Below are positions 29,276-38,897 of a DNA stretch of 64,000 nucleotides, piece by piece. The notes under the pieces were generated by a model. The model ran no database searches. It saw only the letters and a program-made list of their open reading frames with translations, and had not been told where the DNA came from. This DNA is from Pontiella sp. (GTDB taxonomy: Bacteria > Verrucomicrobiota > Kiritimatiellia > Kiritimatiellales > Pontiellaceae). The stretch spans positions 482,713 through 546,712 of the forward strand of contig JBNKHE010000001.1 of NCBI GenBank assembly GCA_050290185.1. Direction: 5' to 3'. The position numbers and the translations under genes were made by a program. Positions within the stretch are counted from its first letter, which is position 1; every line of letters begins with the position of its first letter.

Positions 29276-30514
29276 CTAGGGATTTGTCCCTGCCGGATCG
29301 GGAACGGGCTTTTCATCTCCAGTACGTGGTCCGGGACAGCGTCCAACGATTTCCGGAACCGTGCCGCCGGCGCGGATGACCTGAATGCGGTCGCCGATCA
29401 TCAAATCCAGTGCGCGCAGATGATCGAGACTGTGCAAGCTGGCGCGCTCCAGGGTTGCTCCATTGAGGTCAACCGGTTCGAACAGGGCCACAGGCGTAAG
29501 ACGCCCCGTATCTCCGCGCGTCCACTCCACACCAATCAAGCGGGTCTCCACCGGTACGGACTTGTACTTTCTGGCCAACGCACCATTCGGATAGCGCGCA
29601 GTCATACCCATGCGTTGGAAGGCGGCACAATCATTCAACCTGATTACAATGCCGTCCGTCGGAAAAGGAAGACCGGCTCGTTTCAGATTCAGCTCGTTTA
29701 CCTGCTCCACAACTTCACAACCGGAAACGGCATGGCATTCAACCACCGGAAATCCCCATCCCAATGCCAAGGTCAGGCCGTTGATCTGGGTTTGGGGCAT
29801 GAAATCGATTTCGACGACATCAAAAATACAGCATGCAAGACCTCGCTGTGCCACCTCGGATAGATCTTTCATCCGCAAGGTTCCTGCCGCGCTGTTTCGT
29901 GGACTCTTAAGGGGATTTTGACCGGCCTGTCTGCGGCGCACATTCAAGGTCTCAAAAGCATCGAAGGGCATGAACACCTCGCCGCGCACTTCCAATACAG
30001 CAGGTGCATTCGTCAACACCAGCGGAACGCATCCCGTCGCCATGATCTGCGGCGTAACATCCATACCGGAAAGGCCATCTCCACGCGTCAACGCACGAAC
30101 CAGCTTTCCCTCCCGATAACGCAACACGACCGTTAATCCATCAATCTTCGGTTCCACACAATAGGTTTCATTGGTGCCGCATTTCTTCAGAAAATCCGCT
30201 ACGGCCTGATCGGAATAGGCTTTTTTCAGACTTAGCATCGGACGGGTATGCGGCACAGGAGAGTCCATGTCGGGCACATCCGCCCCAACACTGAACAGAT
30301 CGGGAAGATCTGGATAGTCGCCCCGTAGCTCTTCATATTGCTCGCGCAACGCGTCATACGCCGCATCACTCATGATCGGGTCGCCGGCATTATAGTAGGC
30401 CTCATCGGCCTGCTGCAAAACCGACCGAAGTGCCGCCGCCTGCCGCGCCACCTGCTCCGGCGTCGCGAAACAGGAGAGGCAGACCAGACTAAGAATCAAG
30501 AGTTGGATGCGCAT
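29276..30514 (-). CDS. Minimal NAD+-dependent DNA ligase (Ia + adenylation + OB domains only) with signal-peptide-like N-terminus
   Basis: DEAYY/DAAYD (Ia), HTRPMLSL, EPKIDG, TRGDG, EVRGEVFM, PRNSAAGTLR, TGRLTPVA, RAGGTVPEI; ends before the Zn finger/HhH/BRCT; start MRIQLLILSLVCLSCFA at 30514. Confidence 0.85.
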   Translation of the reverse strand: MRIQLLILSLVCLSCFATPEQVARQAAALRSVLQQADEAYYNAGDPIMSDAAYDALREQYEELRGDYPDLPDLFSVGADVPDMDSPVPHTRPMLSLKKAYSDQAVADFLKKCGTNETYCVEPKIDGLTVVLRYREGKLVRALTRGDGLSGMDVTPQIMATGCVPLVLTNAPAVLEVRGEVFMPFDAFETLNVRRRQAGQNPLKSPRNSAAGTLRMKDLSEVAQRGLACCIFDVVEIDFMPQTQINGLTLALGWGFPVVECHAVSGCEVVEQVNELNLKRAGLPFPTDGIVIRLNDCAAFQRMGMTARYPNGALARKYKSVPVETRLIGVEWTRGDTGRLTPVALFEPVDLNGATLERASLHSLDHLRALDLMIGDRIQVIRAGGTVPEIVGRCPGPRTGDEKPVPDPAGTNP

Positions 30515-30617
30515 GCGTGCATGCTGGCACAATCAGACCGGCAGTCCAGCAAACATATAAGATAACTTTCTCTAGTCATCTCTTTCTTGCAAACAACTCC
30601 TTCGTGCGCGCGCGATA

Positions 30618-31592
30618 TCAACCGTTGGGCACGTTGATCTGGTCAATGTCGTACGGCGTAGCCTCGTAGATAATCATGATCCAATTCGCGTAGATGAACC
30701 CGATATGCCGCCACAGATTCAGCGGTTTTTGCGAAGGATCGTCGTGGGGAAAATAGTGTTCCGGCACGGGCTGGTCGGGATTGGCTGCGGCATCGCGGGT
30801 GTATTCCCGGTTCAACGTATCGGCATCGTATTCCGGATGGTTGAGAATATACACCCGAAGCGGAAAACGGCCCGTCCCCGTTACGCCGGGAGCGGATTCG
30901 ACGATAATGTTGGGACCCACGTCCGGCGCATGCGCCACCACTTCGAGCCGGTCGCATTCTGCCACCGCCTGGGGATCCGGCGATTTCCAGCGCGACACCG
31001 GCGTCGGGAAACGGTCGGGCAACCCGAACGCGATCCCCGTCGTATCGGAGCGGAGTTCATGATCATACACACCGAAGATCTTGGGATCCCCGGGAACGCT
31101 GTCGATGTCGTAGAAATATTTCAGCGCCGCCTTCGCCCCCCAGCACAGGAAAAGCGAGGAGAGCACATGCGTTTCGGACCAGTGCAAAACCTCCTCCACC
31201 TCCGGCCAAAAGACCTCCTCCTCGACACGGGGCTTGAGGGCGTTAACGCCGGTGATGATCATGCCGTCAAACTTCCGATCCTTGAGCGAACTCCAGCTTT
31301 GGTAGAAATCGGTGATATGTTCGGTGCTGGTATTCCTGGTTTTCCGTCCTTTGGAGATGGCTTCCATATAGGAATCCGTCGCGGCAAAGGTCAGATGAAC
31401 CTGCAACGGTGTGTGACCCAGCCAGTGCGCCAACTGCCGTTCCGTGGTCTGCTTGTCAGCCATCAGATTGAGAATCAGGATTTCCAGCGGGCGGATATCC
31501 TGACGATTGGCCCGTTCCTGATCGATCGCATTGGGAGAGCCCAACGACGGCAAAAATGGGTGGACGGCATCGCTTCTAACAATAACAGGCAT
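30618..31592 (-). CDS. metA: Homoserine O-acyltransferase (MetA family)
   Basis: QDIRPLEILILNLM, TERQL, FDGMIITG, LFLCWGA (catalytic Cys), HPEYD; ATG at 31592 (MPVIV) preferred. Confidence 0.9.
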   Translation of the reverse strand: MPVIVRSDAVHPFLPSLGSPNAIDQERANRQDIRPLEILILNLMADKQTTERQLAHWLGHTPLQVHLTFAATDSYMEAISKGRKTRNTSTEHITDFYQSWSSLKDRKFDGMIITGVNALKPRVEEEVFWPEVEEVLHWSETHVLSSLFLCWGAKAALKYFYDIDSVPGDPKIFGVYDHELRSDTTGIAFGLPDRFPTPVSRWKSPDPQAVAECDRLEVVAHAPDVGPNIIVESAPGVTGTGRFPLRVYILNHPEYDADTLNREYTRDAAANPDQPVPEHYFPHDDPSQKPLNLWRHIGFIYANWIMIIYEATPYDIDQINVPNG

Positions 31593-31787
31593 AATCTTAT
31601 CCTTGCTCTCAAAACTCCGGGTGAGCTGCACCGCACCCTGTTCCTCGCCAGGGCATCGGTGGAAATTCGTCGGATTATTGCACGAATCGAAAAAAGCTCA
31701 AGACCCGCTTTGCCCCGATCCTAGGTAGGGACAGCTGTCCCAGACGTCCATCCGGTGGCCCGCTCTACCGCTTTGCTTCCTATTCTA

Positions 31788-33500
31788 TCACTTAAAGATG
31801 GAATCGAAGCCCATGGCGGATTCGGAGGCGAAGTCGGGAACGGCCTTTTTGCCGAAGCGCTTCAGAAGCGGATAGAGCAAGGAGAGCATGTTGAGGGTGA
31901 CGATGCGGTCAACCAAGCGGTAACCGTGCTTGCCGCGGAACAGGATCCGGATCATCAGGCGCAGGTGCGCGCGGCGCAGCTTGAAGCGCGAAAAGTCGAG
32001 CATGACGGTGTAGCGCGGTTCTGCATATTTTATTTCATAGTCGACCTTCAGTTTTTCGAGGCGCGTAATCATTTCATCGTTAAAATCGCAGAAATAATAT
32101 TCGCGGACGGCGGCGATGATTTCGAAGGTGTCGTACTGGAACTTCAGGTCCTCGGAGGGCAAACCGAGCATGTTGACCAGATCCTGCATCCAGCGGATTT
32201 TTTCCAGCGCCATGTATCCCTGCTGCACGGTTTTTTCGCCGTTGGAGACGTAGCAACGCATAAACTTGCGCATGAAATGGTTGGCGACGATGTGCCGCCA
32301 GTAGACGGTGACCAGCGGCGGAACGCGCAGCCGGCGGAAATAGATCCGGCTCGAGGCGAAGTCCTCGATGTAGAGCAGTTCCTTGATGACCTCGTCGGAA
32401 AGCCGGAGCAGTTCCTGCAACGGTCGCCAATTCGGGTCGGGCCAGTGCGCGCGGTAGTATTGCTGGATGGCCTGGTCCGCGGAGATGCCGTCACGAAACA
32501 GGCGGACGGTGACATAGGCATTGATCTCGTTCCAAACTGCGTTTTCATCGAGCCAGGTGAGCCGTCGGAAACCGCTCCACCCCCCGGTCTGGCACCAGAC
32601 GGAGATGCCGGCAATGTTCTGGCCGACCAGCTTGTTGCGGATTTTTTCGTAGTCCCAGCCGATGAAGGAGGGATATTCGCCGAAGCCTTCGTATTCGCGC
32701 CGCGCCTGGAACTCGATCAACTTGCGGTGGCGGCCGCGGAAAAAGAGCCGGTTGAGCGGAAGGTAGCGGAAGAAGTCAGACGGGCCATGTTTCATGGAAA
32801 TGATGAGGTGGTCGCTTTCCACCCCCCGGAACACCTTGTCGAAGGTCTCAGAGTTCCAGATGAGGTCCCCCACTCCGCCGACGCCGACGCTCCATGTGCG
32901 GAAAATGAGCAGTTTGTCGAATTCCTCGAAGACCGGCAGCAGCGCCTGAAGCATCTTTCTGGCTTGCGACGGCCGGTGGATCATGATCCGGCTATGGAAG
33001 TCGCCCTCCACATCCACACCGTCGGCTTCGCCGATGCGGAAGACGATGCCCGCCACATCGGGGAACACCTCGAAAAGCTGGCGGCAGGCGTGGGCGGCGA
33101 AACGGCGAAGGGCCGGATCGCGCGAGGCAATGCTTCGCTCGATCTCCTCGTTGAAGAACAGCAGATCGGTGGTGACGAAAACCCGCATGCCGTATTCCGC
33201 CGCCGTATCGAAGAGGTCCCGAAACAACAGACGGTATTCCGCGATCTTGTTTTTCAGGCCGTCGGAATAGAATGGAAAGATGCAGCAATGCGCCAGATCG
33301 TCGAGCGTGATGGCGTTGTAGCCGGTTTCCGATGCCTTGCGGCAAAAGGTTTTAAAATCGGATTTGATTTGGGCGCAGCGTTCGGGATCGAGTCCACCGT
33401 CCCGCTCCAGATGCGAAAACGGGGCCTTTGACCAGTTGATGACCTTCTGATCACAGCCCCGGAAAAACGGCGCAATGCCGTCGATGATAAACAGGTTCAT
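31788..33500 (-). CDS. Hypothetical 570 aa protein, possibly a glycoside-hydrolase-like TIM barrel
   Basis: Long ORF 10 bp after the PhoB paralog; GYNAITLDD, FRIGEADG, IFRTW, KHGPSDFF, EFQARREYEG resemble alpha/beta barrel GH-type segments; family not certain. Confidence 0.6.
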   Translation of the reverse strand: MNLFIIDGIAPFFRGCDQKVINWSKAPFSHLERDGGLDPERCAQIKSDFKTFCRKASETGYNAITLDDLAHCCIFPFYSDGLKNKIAEYRLLFRDLFDTAAEYGMRVFVTTDLLFFNEEIERSIASRDPALRRFAAHACRQLFEVFPDVAGIVFRIGEADGVDVEGDFHSRIMIHRPSQARKMLQALLPVFEEFDKLLIFRTWSVGVGGVGDLIWNSETFDKVFRGVESDHLIISMKHGPSDFFRYLPLNRLFFRGRHRKLIEFQARREYEGFGEYPSFIGWDYEKIRNKLVGQNIAGISVWCQTGGWSGFRRLTWLDENAVWNEINAYVTVRLFRDGISADQAIQQYYRAHWPDPNWRPLQELLRLSDEVIKELLYIEDFASSRIYFRRLRVPPLVTVYWRHIVANHFMRKFMRCYVSNGEKTVQQGYMALEKIRWMQDLVNMLGLPSEDLKFQYDTFEIIAAVREYYFCDFNDEMITRLEKLKVDYEIKYAEPRYTVMLDFSRFKLRRAHLRLMIRILFRGKHGYRLVDRIVTLNMLSLLYPLLKRFGKKAVPDFASESAMGFDSIFK

Positions 33501-33510
33501 GGAATCCCGC

Positions 33511-34209
33511 TCAAATTTCCTTCATGCGGTAGCCGACGCCCCGGACGGTTTCGATATACCGTCCGGCGGAACCGATCTTGCGGCGGAGCCCGACAATCTG
33601 GACATCCACCGAACGCTCGGAAATTCCAACATCCCGGTCGTGGGCGGCATCGATGATCTGCCGGCGCGTGAACACCCGCCCCGGCTCGCCCGCCAGCAGC
33701 TGGAGGATCAAAAAGTCGGTATGGGTTAACTCCACGGATTTGCCATCGACCTTCACCGTAAAGCGCAACGGATCGATATCGAGGTTGTGTATGGAAATCG
33801 GTGTCGGCCCCTCGTCGGCCGACTGGACATCGCAACGGCGCAGCACGGCATCGATCCGGGCCCGCAGCACATCCGGACTGAAAGGTTTCGCGACATAATC
33901 ATCGGCCCCCATCTCCAGCCCCGCCACCACATCCTTGTCCTGGCCCATGGCCGAAATCATGATGATGGGAATGGTGCTGGTTTTGGGATAGCGCCGCACC
34001 TGCTGGCAGACCTGTTTCCCGTCCACGCCGGGCAACATGAGATCCAGGATAATCATGTCGGGCAGCAGATCCACCACGTTCAACAAGGCGGTTTCCCCCG
34101 AATCCGCAAGGGTGACCTCCCATCCATCCTTCTCGAGGTTGAACAGAAGCAACTCCTGCAGTGCGAGGTCGTCCTCGACTACGAGTATTCTACGCAACTG
34201 TTCCGTCAT
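33511..34209 (-). CDS. PhoB/OmpR-family response regulator (second copy)
   Basis: Receiver VVEDD, ILDLMLPG, GADDYVAKPFS; winged HTH RSVDVQIVGLR, IETVRGVGY; AAGGAG RBS favours the ATG at 34209 over 34215. Confidence 0.9.
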   Translation of the reverse strand: MTEQLRRILVVEDDLALQELLLFNLEKDGWEVTLADSGETALLNVVDLLPDMIILDLMLPGVDGKQVCQQVRRYPKTSTIPIIMISAMGQDKDVVAGLEMGADDYVAKPFSPDVLRARIDAVLRRCDVQSADEGPTPISIHNLDIDPLRFTVKVDGKSVELTHTDFLILQLLAGEPGRVFTRRQIIDAAHDRDVGISERSVDVQIVGLRRKIGSAGRYIETVRGVGYRMKEI

Positions 34210-34220
34210 AATCATTCTCC

Positions 34221-35690
34221 TTATCCCCGTGTCTTGGCGATGCGTTCGACCTGCTTGAGGTAATCGTTGATGTCATCGCGCGGCTTCAGCTCGTAAGCGC
34301 GGCGCAACAACGGAAGTGCATCCTGGTACTTGGCCTGACCCACCAGCAGCTGCCCTTCATAGAGCTTGGCCTCGGCCTCGTATTTTTCGATGTTGGCGGC
34401 GCGCTCGTAGTAGAACATCGCCTTTTCCGGAAGGTTGCGTCCATAGTGCTGGGCGAGCAGGATCAGGGCCTCGCCGTCGAGCGGGTCGACCTCCACCACC
34501 TGTTCGAGAATCTTCACCACATCCTCGCCGCCGCCTTCGGAAACGGCAATGCGCGCCTGCAGCTTAAGCAGTTCCTTGAGGTTGGTTTCGTCGAGCGCGC
34601 TCTTGTGTTCGGCCACGCGGTTCAGCATGCGCTTGGACTCCTCCAATGCGCCGCGCGAGGCGAGGATCTTGGCCGCGCGCAAGGCCTTGGAAGGATCGTT
34701 TCCGTTGTCGAGCTCGTAGGCGCGCAGATAGGCGTCGGCCGCCATGTCCCAGCGCGACTCGTTGACGTAGATGTCGGCCAGCATGGTCATGCTATCTGCC
34801 GAGGCTTTGCCCAGCGTGTTTACATATTCATAGTTTTCGGCGGCGCGCATCGGCTGCTTTAGGCCGAGATAGGCATTGGCCTGCAACAACCAGAAATCGG
34901 CATTGTCCGGCTGTTTCCGGATCAACGCGTCGCAAAGGCTGGCGGCATCGCCGTACTTCTGTTGCTTGAACAAGCTACGGGCAAGGCCGAGCTGCCAATC
35001 GAGCGTTTCCGGATCGAGCAGGATGGCCTGGCGGTAGGCGGATTCCGCGCACAGGTTGTTCTCGGTGGAGGCGTAGGCGAAGCCGAGCAGACCGTAGGCC
35101 GTGCTGGTGTTCCCGCCGAGCTCGATGGTCTTCGTCAGGTATGGCAGGGCCTTTTCAAAATCGCCGTTGCGGACCAGGATGAGACCGGCGTTCTTGTAGG
35201 CGCGGCGGAAGGTCCCGAACTTTCCGATCGCCTTGTCGTACCACGCCAGCGCGTCCTCGAGTTTTTCCTGCTGGAAGTAGAGGTTGCCGATGGTGAAGTC
35301 GAAGATGGCGGACGAGGAATCCTTCGTCATCTTCAGCAGTTGCTGCATGGCCTTGTCCATGTCGTCCTCCTTGGAGAGGATATCCATGACCTTCTGCATC
35401 TGCTCGCGCTCGACGGCGGTCACGCGCGGCTCGATATCCGCGTTCACGCCGTAGCTGCCGAGGAATTCCTGCTGGAACTTCTTGCTGTCCCAAATGGAAA
35501 GATCGGCCGCCGGGTTTGCTGTTTCGGCCGGCTTCTTGATCCGCCCCATGTCCGGTTCGGCCAATACCTGATTCTGGGCCGCCGTCCCTCCACTGGACAT
35601 GGCCGTCAGCAAGGCATCCATGTCGTCGGCCAAGGCCACGCCGCTGGCCAGCAGGCCAAGGATAATTAGTGATCGTTGCTTATTCATCAT
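34221..35690 (-). CDS. Secreted tetratricopeptide-repeat protein
   Basis: Signal peptide (ALA-DD), repeated TPR-like helices; usual last gene of DUF3450-ExbBD-TonB clusters. Confidence 0.85.
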   Translation of the reverse strand: MMNKQRSLIILGLLASGVALADDMDALLTAMSSGGTAAQNQVLAEPDMGRIKKPAETANPAADLSIWDSKKFQQEFLGSYGVNADIEPRVTAVEREQMQKVMDILSKEDDMDKAMQQLLKMTKDSSSAIFDFTIGNLYFQQEKLEDALAWYDKAIGKFGTFRRAYKNAGLILVRNGDFEKALPYLTKTIELGGNTSTAYGLLGFAYASTENNLCAESAYRQAILLDPETLDWQLGLARSLFKQQKYGDAASLCDALIRKQPDNADFWLLQANAYLGLKQPMRAAENYEYVNTLGKASADSMTMLADIYVNESRWDMAADAYLRAYELDNGNDPSKALRAAKILASRGALEESKRMLNRVAEHKSALDETNLKELLKLQARIAVSEGGGEDVVKILEQVVEVDPLDGEALILLAQHYGRNLPEKAMFYYERAANIEKYEAEAKLYEGQLLVGQAKYQDALPLLRRAYELKPRDDINDYLKQVERIAKTRG

Positions 35691-35699
35691 GTTGCATTC

Positions 35700-36356
35700 C
35701 TATTTTTGAAAGGTGATGGGCACACGCATCCGGAACTGGACGGGCTGGCCCTTGCGCTTGCCCGGTTCGAACTTCCACTGCTTCACGGCCTTGAGTGCCG
35801 GTTCGTTGAACGCCGGATGGGTTGTCTTTTGGACCTTCAGATCGCGGGTGCGGCCGGTCTTGTCGACCACGAACAGGACATAGACCGTACCCTGCATGTT
35901 CTTTTTCGCCAGCTCGCGTGGATAGATCGGCGCGGGCTGGTAGACCACGCGCGGCTTCTGGTCGAGATCGGAGAGCGAGAAGATGGCATCCACCGCTTCG
36001 CCGCCGCCGGTCACGCCACCGAGATCAATCTTGAAGTCGCCGCCGCCAAAGCCGCCGTCGCCCGGATTGAGCGCCAGTTCCAGCTGGGAGAGATCCAGCG
36101 GTTGCGCATCGATTGCCGGCGGAGGCGGAGGCTCCTCTTCCGGCTCGGGCTCTTCCTCCTCCATCGGAGGAGGCGGCGGAGGCGGCTCGAGGTTGGCTAC
36201 ATCCACGGTGCGGATGGTCAGATCCTTCGTCACCGGCTTGGTGATGACCTGCAAGACCGGCAGGATCATGAAGAGCGCCAGCGACACGACCAGCGCGAGC
36301 CCTAAATAGAACGCGTGGTTGGCCAGGGATTTTAAAAATTTAAGCAGGCTGTTCAC
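35700..36356 (-). CDS. tonB: Energy transducer TonB
   Basis: N-terminal TM, Pro/Glu-rich spacer, C-term PIYP...AVKQWKFEPG...VPITF. Confidence 0.92.
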   Translation of the reverse strand: MNSLLKFLKSLANHAFYLGLALVVSLALFMILPVLQVITKPVTKDLTIRTVDVANLEPPPPPPPMEEEEPEPEEEPPPPPAIDAQPLDLSQLELALNPGDGGFGGGDFKIDLGGVTGGGEAVDAIFSLSDLDQKPRVVYQPAPIYPRELAKKNMQGTVYVLFVVDKTGRTRDLKVQKTTHPAFNEPALKAVKQWKFEPGKRKGQPVQFRMRVPITFQK

Positions 36357-36362
36357 TATGGA

Positions 36363-36773
36363 TTATCCCTGTTTCTTGAGGGTCGCGATGCTGACCTTTT
36401 CGGCGCCGGCAAGCTTGGCTTCGTCGATCACGCGGACCAACAGGCCGGACTTGACGTTCTGGTCGGCCTGTACGATGACTGGCACCTCTTCCTTCTGCAT
36501 CATGCGCTTCACCAGCGGCTGCACACCGGCGATGCCGATTTCGCGGCCGCCGTAGACGACTTCACCCTTGTCAGTGATCGCCAGCAGAATACTGGTCTTT
36601 TCCAGATTCACCGACGAGGCCGCCTGCGGCTTGTCAACTTCCACGCCGGTTTCCTCCACGAAGGTGGTGGTTACGATGAAGAAAATGAGCAGGATGAATA
36701 CGCAGTCGATGAGCGGGGAAATATCCACGCCTGCTTCTGAATTGTCGTCGGTGTTGCTTCTAAATCGTGCCAT
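36363..36773 (-). CDS. exbD: Biopolymer transport protein ExbD
   Basis: DISPLIDCVFILLIFFIVTTTF, VIVQAD. Confidence 0.93.
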   Translation of the reverse strand: MARFRSNTDDNSEAGVDISPLIDCVFILLIFFIVTTTFVEETGVEVDKPQAASSVNLEKTSILLAITDKGEVVYGGREIGIAGVQPLVKRMMQKEEVPVIVQADQNVKSGLLVRVIDEAKLAGAEKVSIATLKKQG

Positions 36774-36812
36774 GTTGAACTCCGTGATGAGTGATACGTG
36801 AGGCGTGACTGA

Positions 36813-37436
36813 TCATGCCGCCTCAGATTTTTTCTGCTGTTTGTAAAGTCGCTGCGTGCAGACGGTCTGCAAGTGGGCGAGGAAGGCCTTGTATTGTTCG
36901 TGCTCGCGCGCCAGCTTGTACTGAAAGACGATGCCGGGAAGCGCGATGAGCAGGCCGGTTTCGGTGGTGATCAACGCTTCGGAAATACCGCTGGCCACCA
37001 TGCCCATGGTTTTGTCGCCGCCCGAGCCCGAAGCCAGCGCGGCGAACGTGGAGAGCATGCCGGTCACGGTGCCCAGCAGCCCAAGCAACGGCGCCACGCT
37101 CACGCAGGTCTGCATGACCTTCAGGTCACGGTCGAACGGGGCGATCTCGGTCTGGTGGAGTTCGTCGAAAAAGATTCCGATCTCCTTCAGCGAGGTCGCC
37201 CCCATCACAAACTGGATCATCCGGCCAACCGGACCGCGGCCCTTTTCCGGGTTCTTGGTCCATTGCTTCATTTTCTTTTCCGTGACGTAGAGATACCCTT
37301 TGCCCCGGATGCGGAAAAAGATGCTGTGTCCGAGGTAGAAGATGACCACGGCGTCGAACGCCAGGGCGATCATCCCCCACCCGCCTGAAGACCAGATCTC
37401 CAGGGCCTGCTGCCAAATTGACGTTGTTTCTTCCAT
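36813..37436 (-). CDS. exbB: MotA/TolQ/ExbB proton channel protein
   Basis: APLLGLLGTVTGM, GISEALITTETGL. Confidence 0.92.
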   Translation of the reverse strand: MEETTSIWQQALEIWSSGGWGMIALAFDAVVIFYLGHSIFFRIRGKGYLYVTEKKMKQWTKNPEKGRGPVGRMIQFVMGATSLKEIGIFFDELHQTEIAPFDRDLKVMQTCVSVAPLLGLLGTVTGMLSTFAALASGSGGDKTMGMVASGISEALITTETGLLIALPGIVFQYKLAREHEQYKAFLAHLQTVCTQRLYKQQKKSEAA

Positions 37437-37513
37437 TATGCGTGATCCGTGACGATTGAGACGTGATTCATTCTGCGTAGAGCATGTCTATGTTCAGTGT
37501 TCATCCGTGGCCG

Positions 37514-38893
37514 CTACGCTTCTTGAGGTGCGGTGCGCGTGGCGCGGTTCATGAACAGGATGGCGACCTGCTCCATGCGGTCGGTTATGCTCCGGGCCTT
37601 GCGCGAGAGAAAGGCATGGAGCACCAGCGCGAAGATCGCCACAACCAGTCCCAGTTCGGTGGTGATCAACGCTTCGGAGATCCCGCCGGAGAGCGTCTTC
37701 ACATCGCCTGAACCAAACACCGTGATCAGCTTGAAGGTGTTGATGATGCCGGTCACGGTACCCAGCAGACCCAGCAACGGAGCAGACGACGCACAGACCG
37801 CGATGAACGAGGTCCACTTGTTCACGCTCAGGCGCGTCGTGAGCATTTCCTCGTACATCACTTCTTCGACCAGATCCTTCGGCTCGTCGATATGCTCGAT
37901 GCCCGCCTTCAACATCGCGGCGGTCGGGCCCTTGATTTTGGCAACCTTCTCCAGCGCCTGGGCATGGTTGTTGTGCAGCATGGCCTTGAGCAGCGGCTGG
38001 ATCTCCTTTTCGGGCGGCATCGGAATCAGGGAAAGCTGGATCCACTTTCCGCAGGCAACGATTACGGCAAGGATGAACATGCCGACGATGGGATAGACCA
38101 CAAAACCGCCTTTTTTCAGATGCTCGCCGAGCGTTTCATGGGTTTCCTCGATCTTGCGCGCATTGCCCAGGCTCGGATCGAACGGAAAGATGCCCGACTT
38201 GTTTTTGACAGTGTCGCGTACCAGCTGCGCATTCGCGCCGTCGGAAAACGGCATCACGGTCGGCTCAAGCGAACCCAGGCGTTGCTCGGCGATGCCGGCC
38301 ATCGAACCGTCATCGGAAGCAAACAAGGCCACCGGACCAACGAGGGCGAAGTTCCCCTGCTTGACCAAGCCATCCTCGCCCGCCGCACTGCCGGCAAAGG
38401 CGGTCCCGCCGACCGCGTCCCGAAGACGCTTGATGGACGCTTCGACCAACGAGGTTTGCTTGATGAAGATTTCCTCGTCGGACAGGTTGGTATTGTCGGG
38501 GGCCAACACAGCGGTATCGATGACCTCCTTGTACTGGTCCAGTTCGGCAATGTGCAGGCGCGTCTGGAAGTTGCGGATGTATTCGCCGAGCAGGTTCGAG
38601 ATGTAGCTCTTTTCCCCCTGGCGCGACTTGATCTCGGAGCGCAGGTTGTTGAGATCGAGGTTGCGGCTGTCGAGCTGGCGCTGCACCCTCTGGTTCTCGA
38701 GGCGCACTTCCATGACCTCGTCTTCAAGGGCGTTGAGGCCTTTCACCATCGGCAGCTTTTCCTTGGCGATGTCCGCGCGGACCTTCGAAAGCTCCTGCAG
38801 GCTGTTTTCCAGTTTGGTCTCCATGTCGGCCGATTGCGCAAACGCACCTCCGGCACACAGCAATAGTAAAGTGATCGTATGCTTCATTTTCAT
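37514..38893 (-). CDS. Long ExbB-family (TtpC-like) protein with periplasmic coiled coil
   Basis: Signal peptide, coiled coil, FDPSLG, APLLGLLGTVTGIINTF, GGISEALITTELGL. Confidence 0.88.
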   Translation of the reverse strand: MKMKHTITLLLLCAGGAFAQSADMETKLENSLQELSKVRADIAKEKLPMVKGLNALEDEVMEVRLENQRVQRQLDSRNLDLNNLRSEIKSRQGEKSYISNLLGEYIRNFQTRLHIAELDQYKEVIDTAVLAPDNTNLSDEEIFIKQTSLVEASIKRLRDAVGGTAFAGSAAGEDGLVKQGNFALVGPVALFASDDGSMAGIAEQRLGSLEPTVMPFSDGANAQLVRDTVKNKSGIFPFDPSLGNARKIEETHETLGEHLKKGGFVVYPIVGMFILAVIVACGKWIQLSLIPMPPEKEIQPLLKAMLHNNHAQALEKVAKIKGPTAAMLKAGIEHIDEPKDLVEEVMYEEMLTTRLSVNKWTSFIAVCASSAPLLGLLGTVTGIINTFKLITVFGSGDVKTLSGGISEALITTELGLVVAIFALVLHAFLSRKARSITDRMEQVAILFMNRATRTAPQEA

Positions 38894-38897
38894 TTCC

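Noticed and set aside
31755..33431. 558 aa plus-strand ORF
   Set aside because: Antisense to the 570 aa minus-strand ORF, which fits the operon direction and has protein-like composition
36110..36190. GGAGGCGGC-type low-complexity repeat
   Set aside because: Encodes the normal Pro/Glu-rich spacer of TonB, not a contingency repeat
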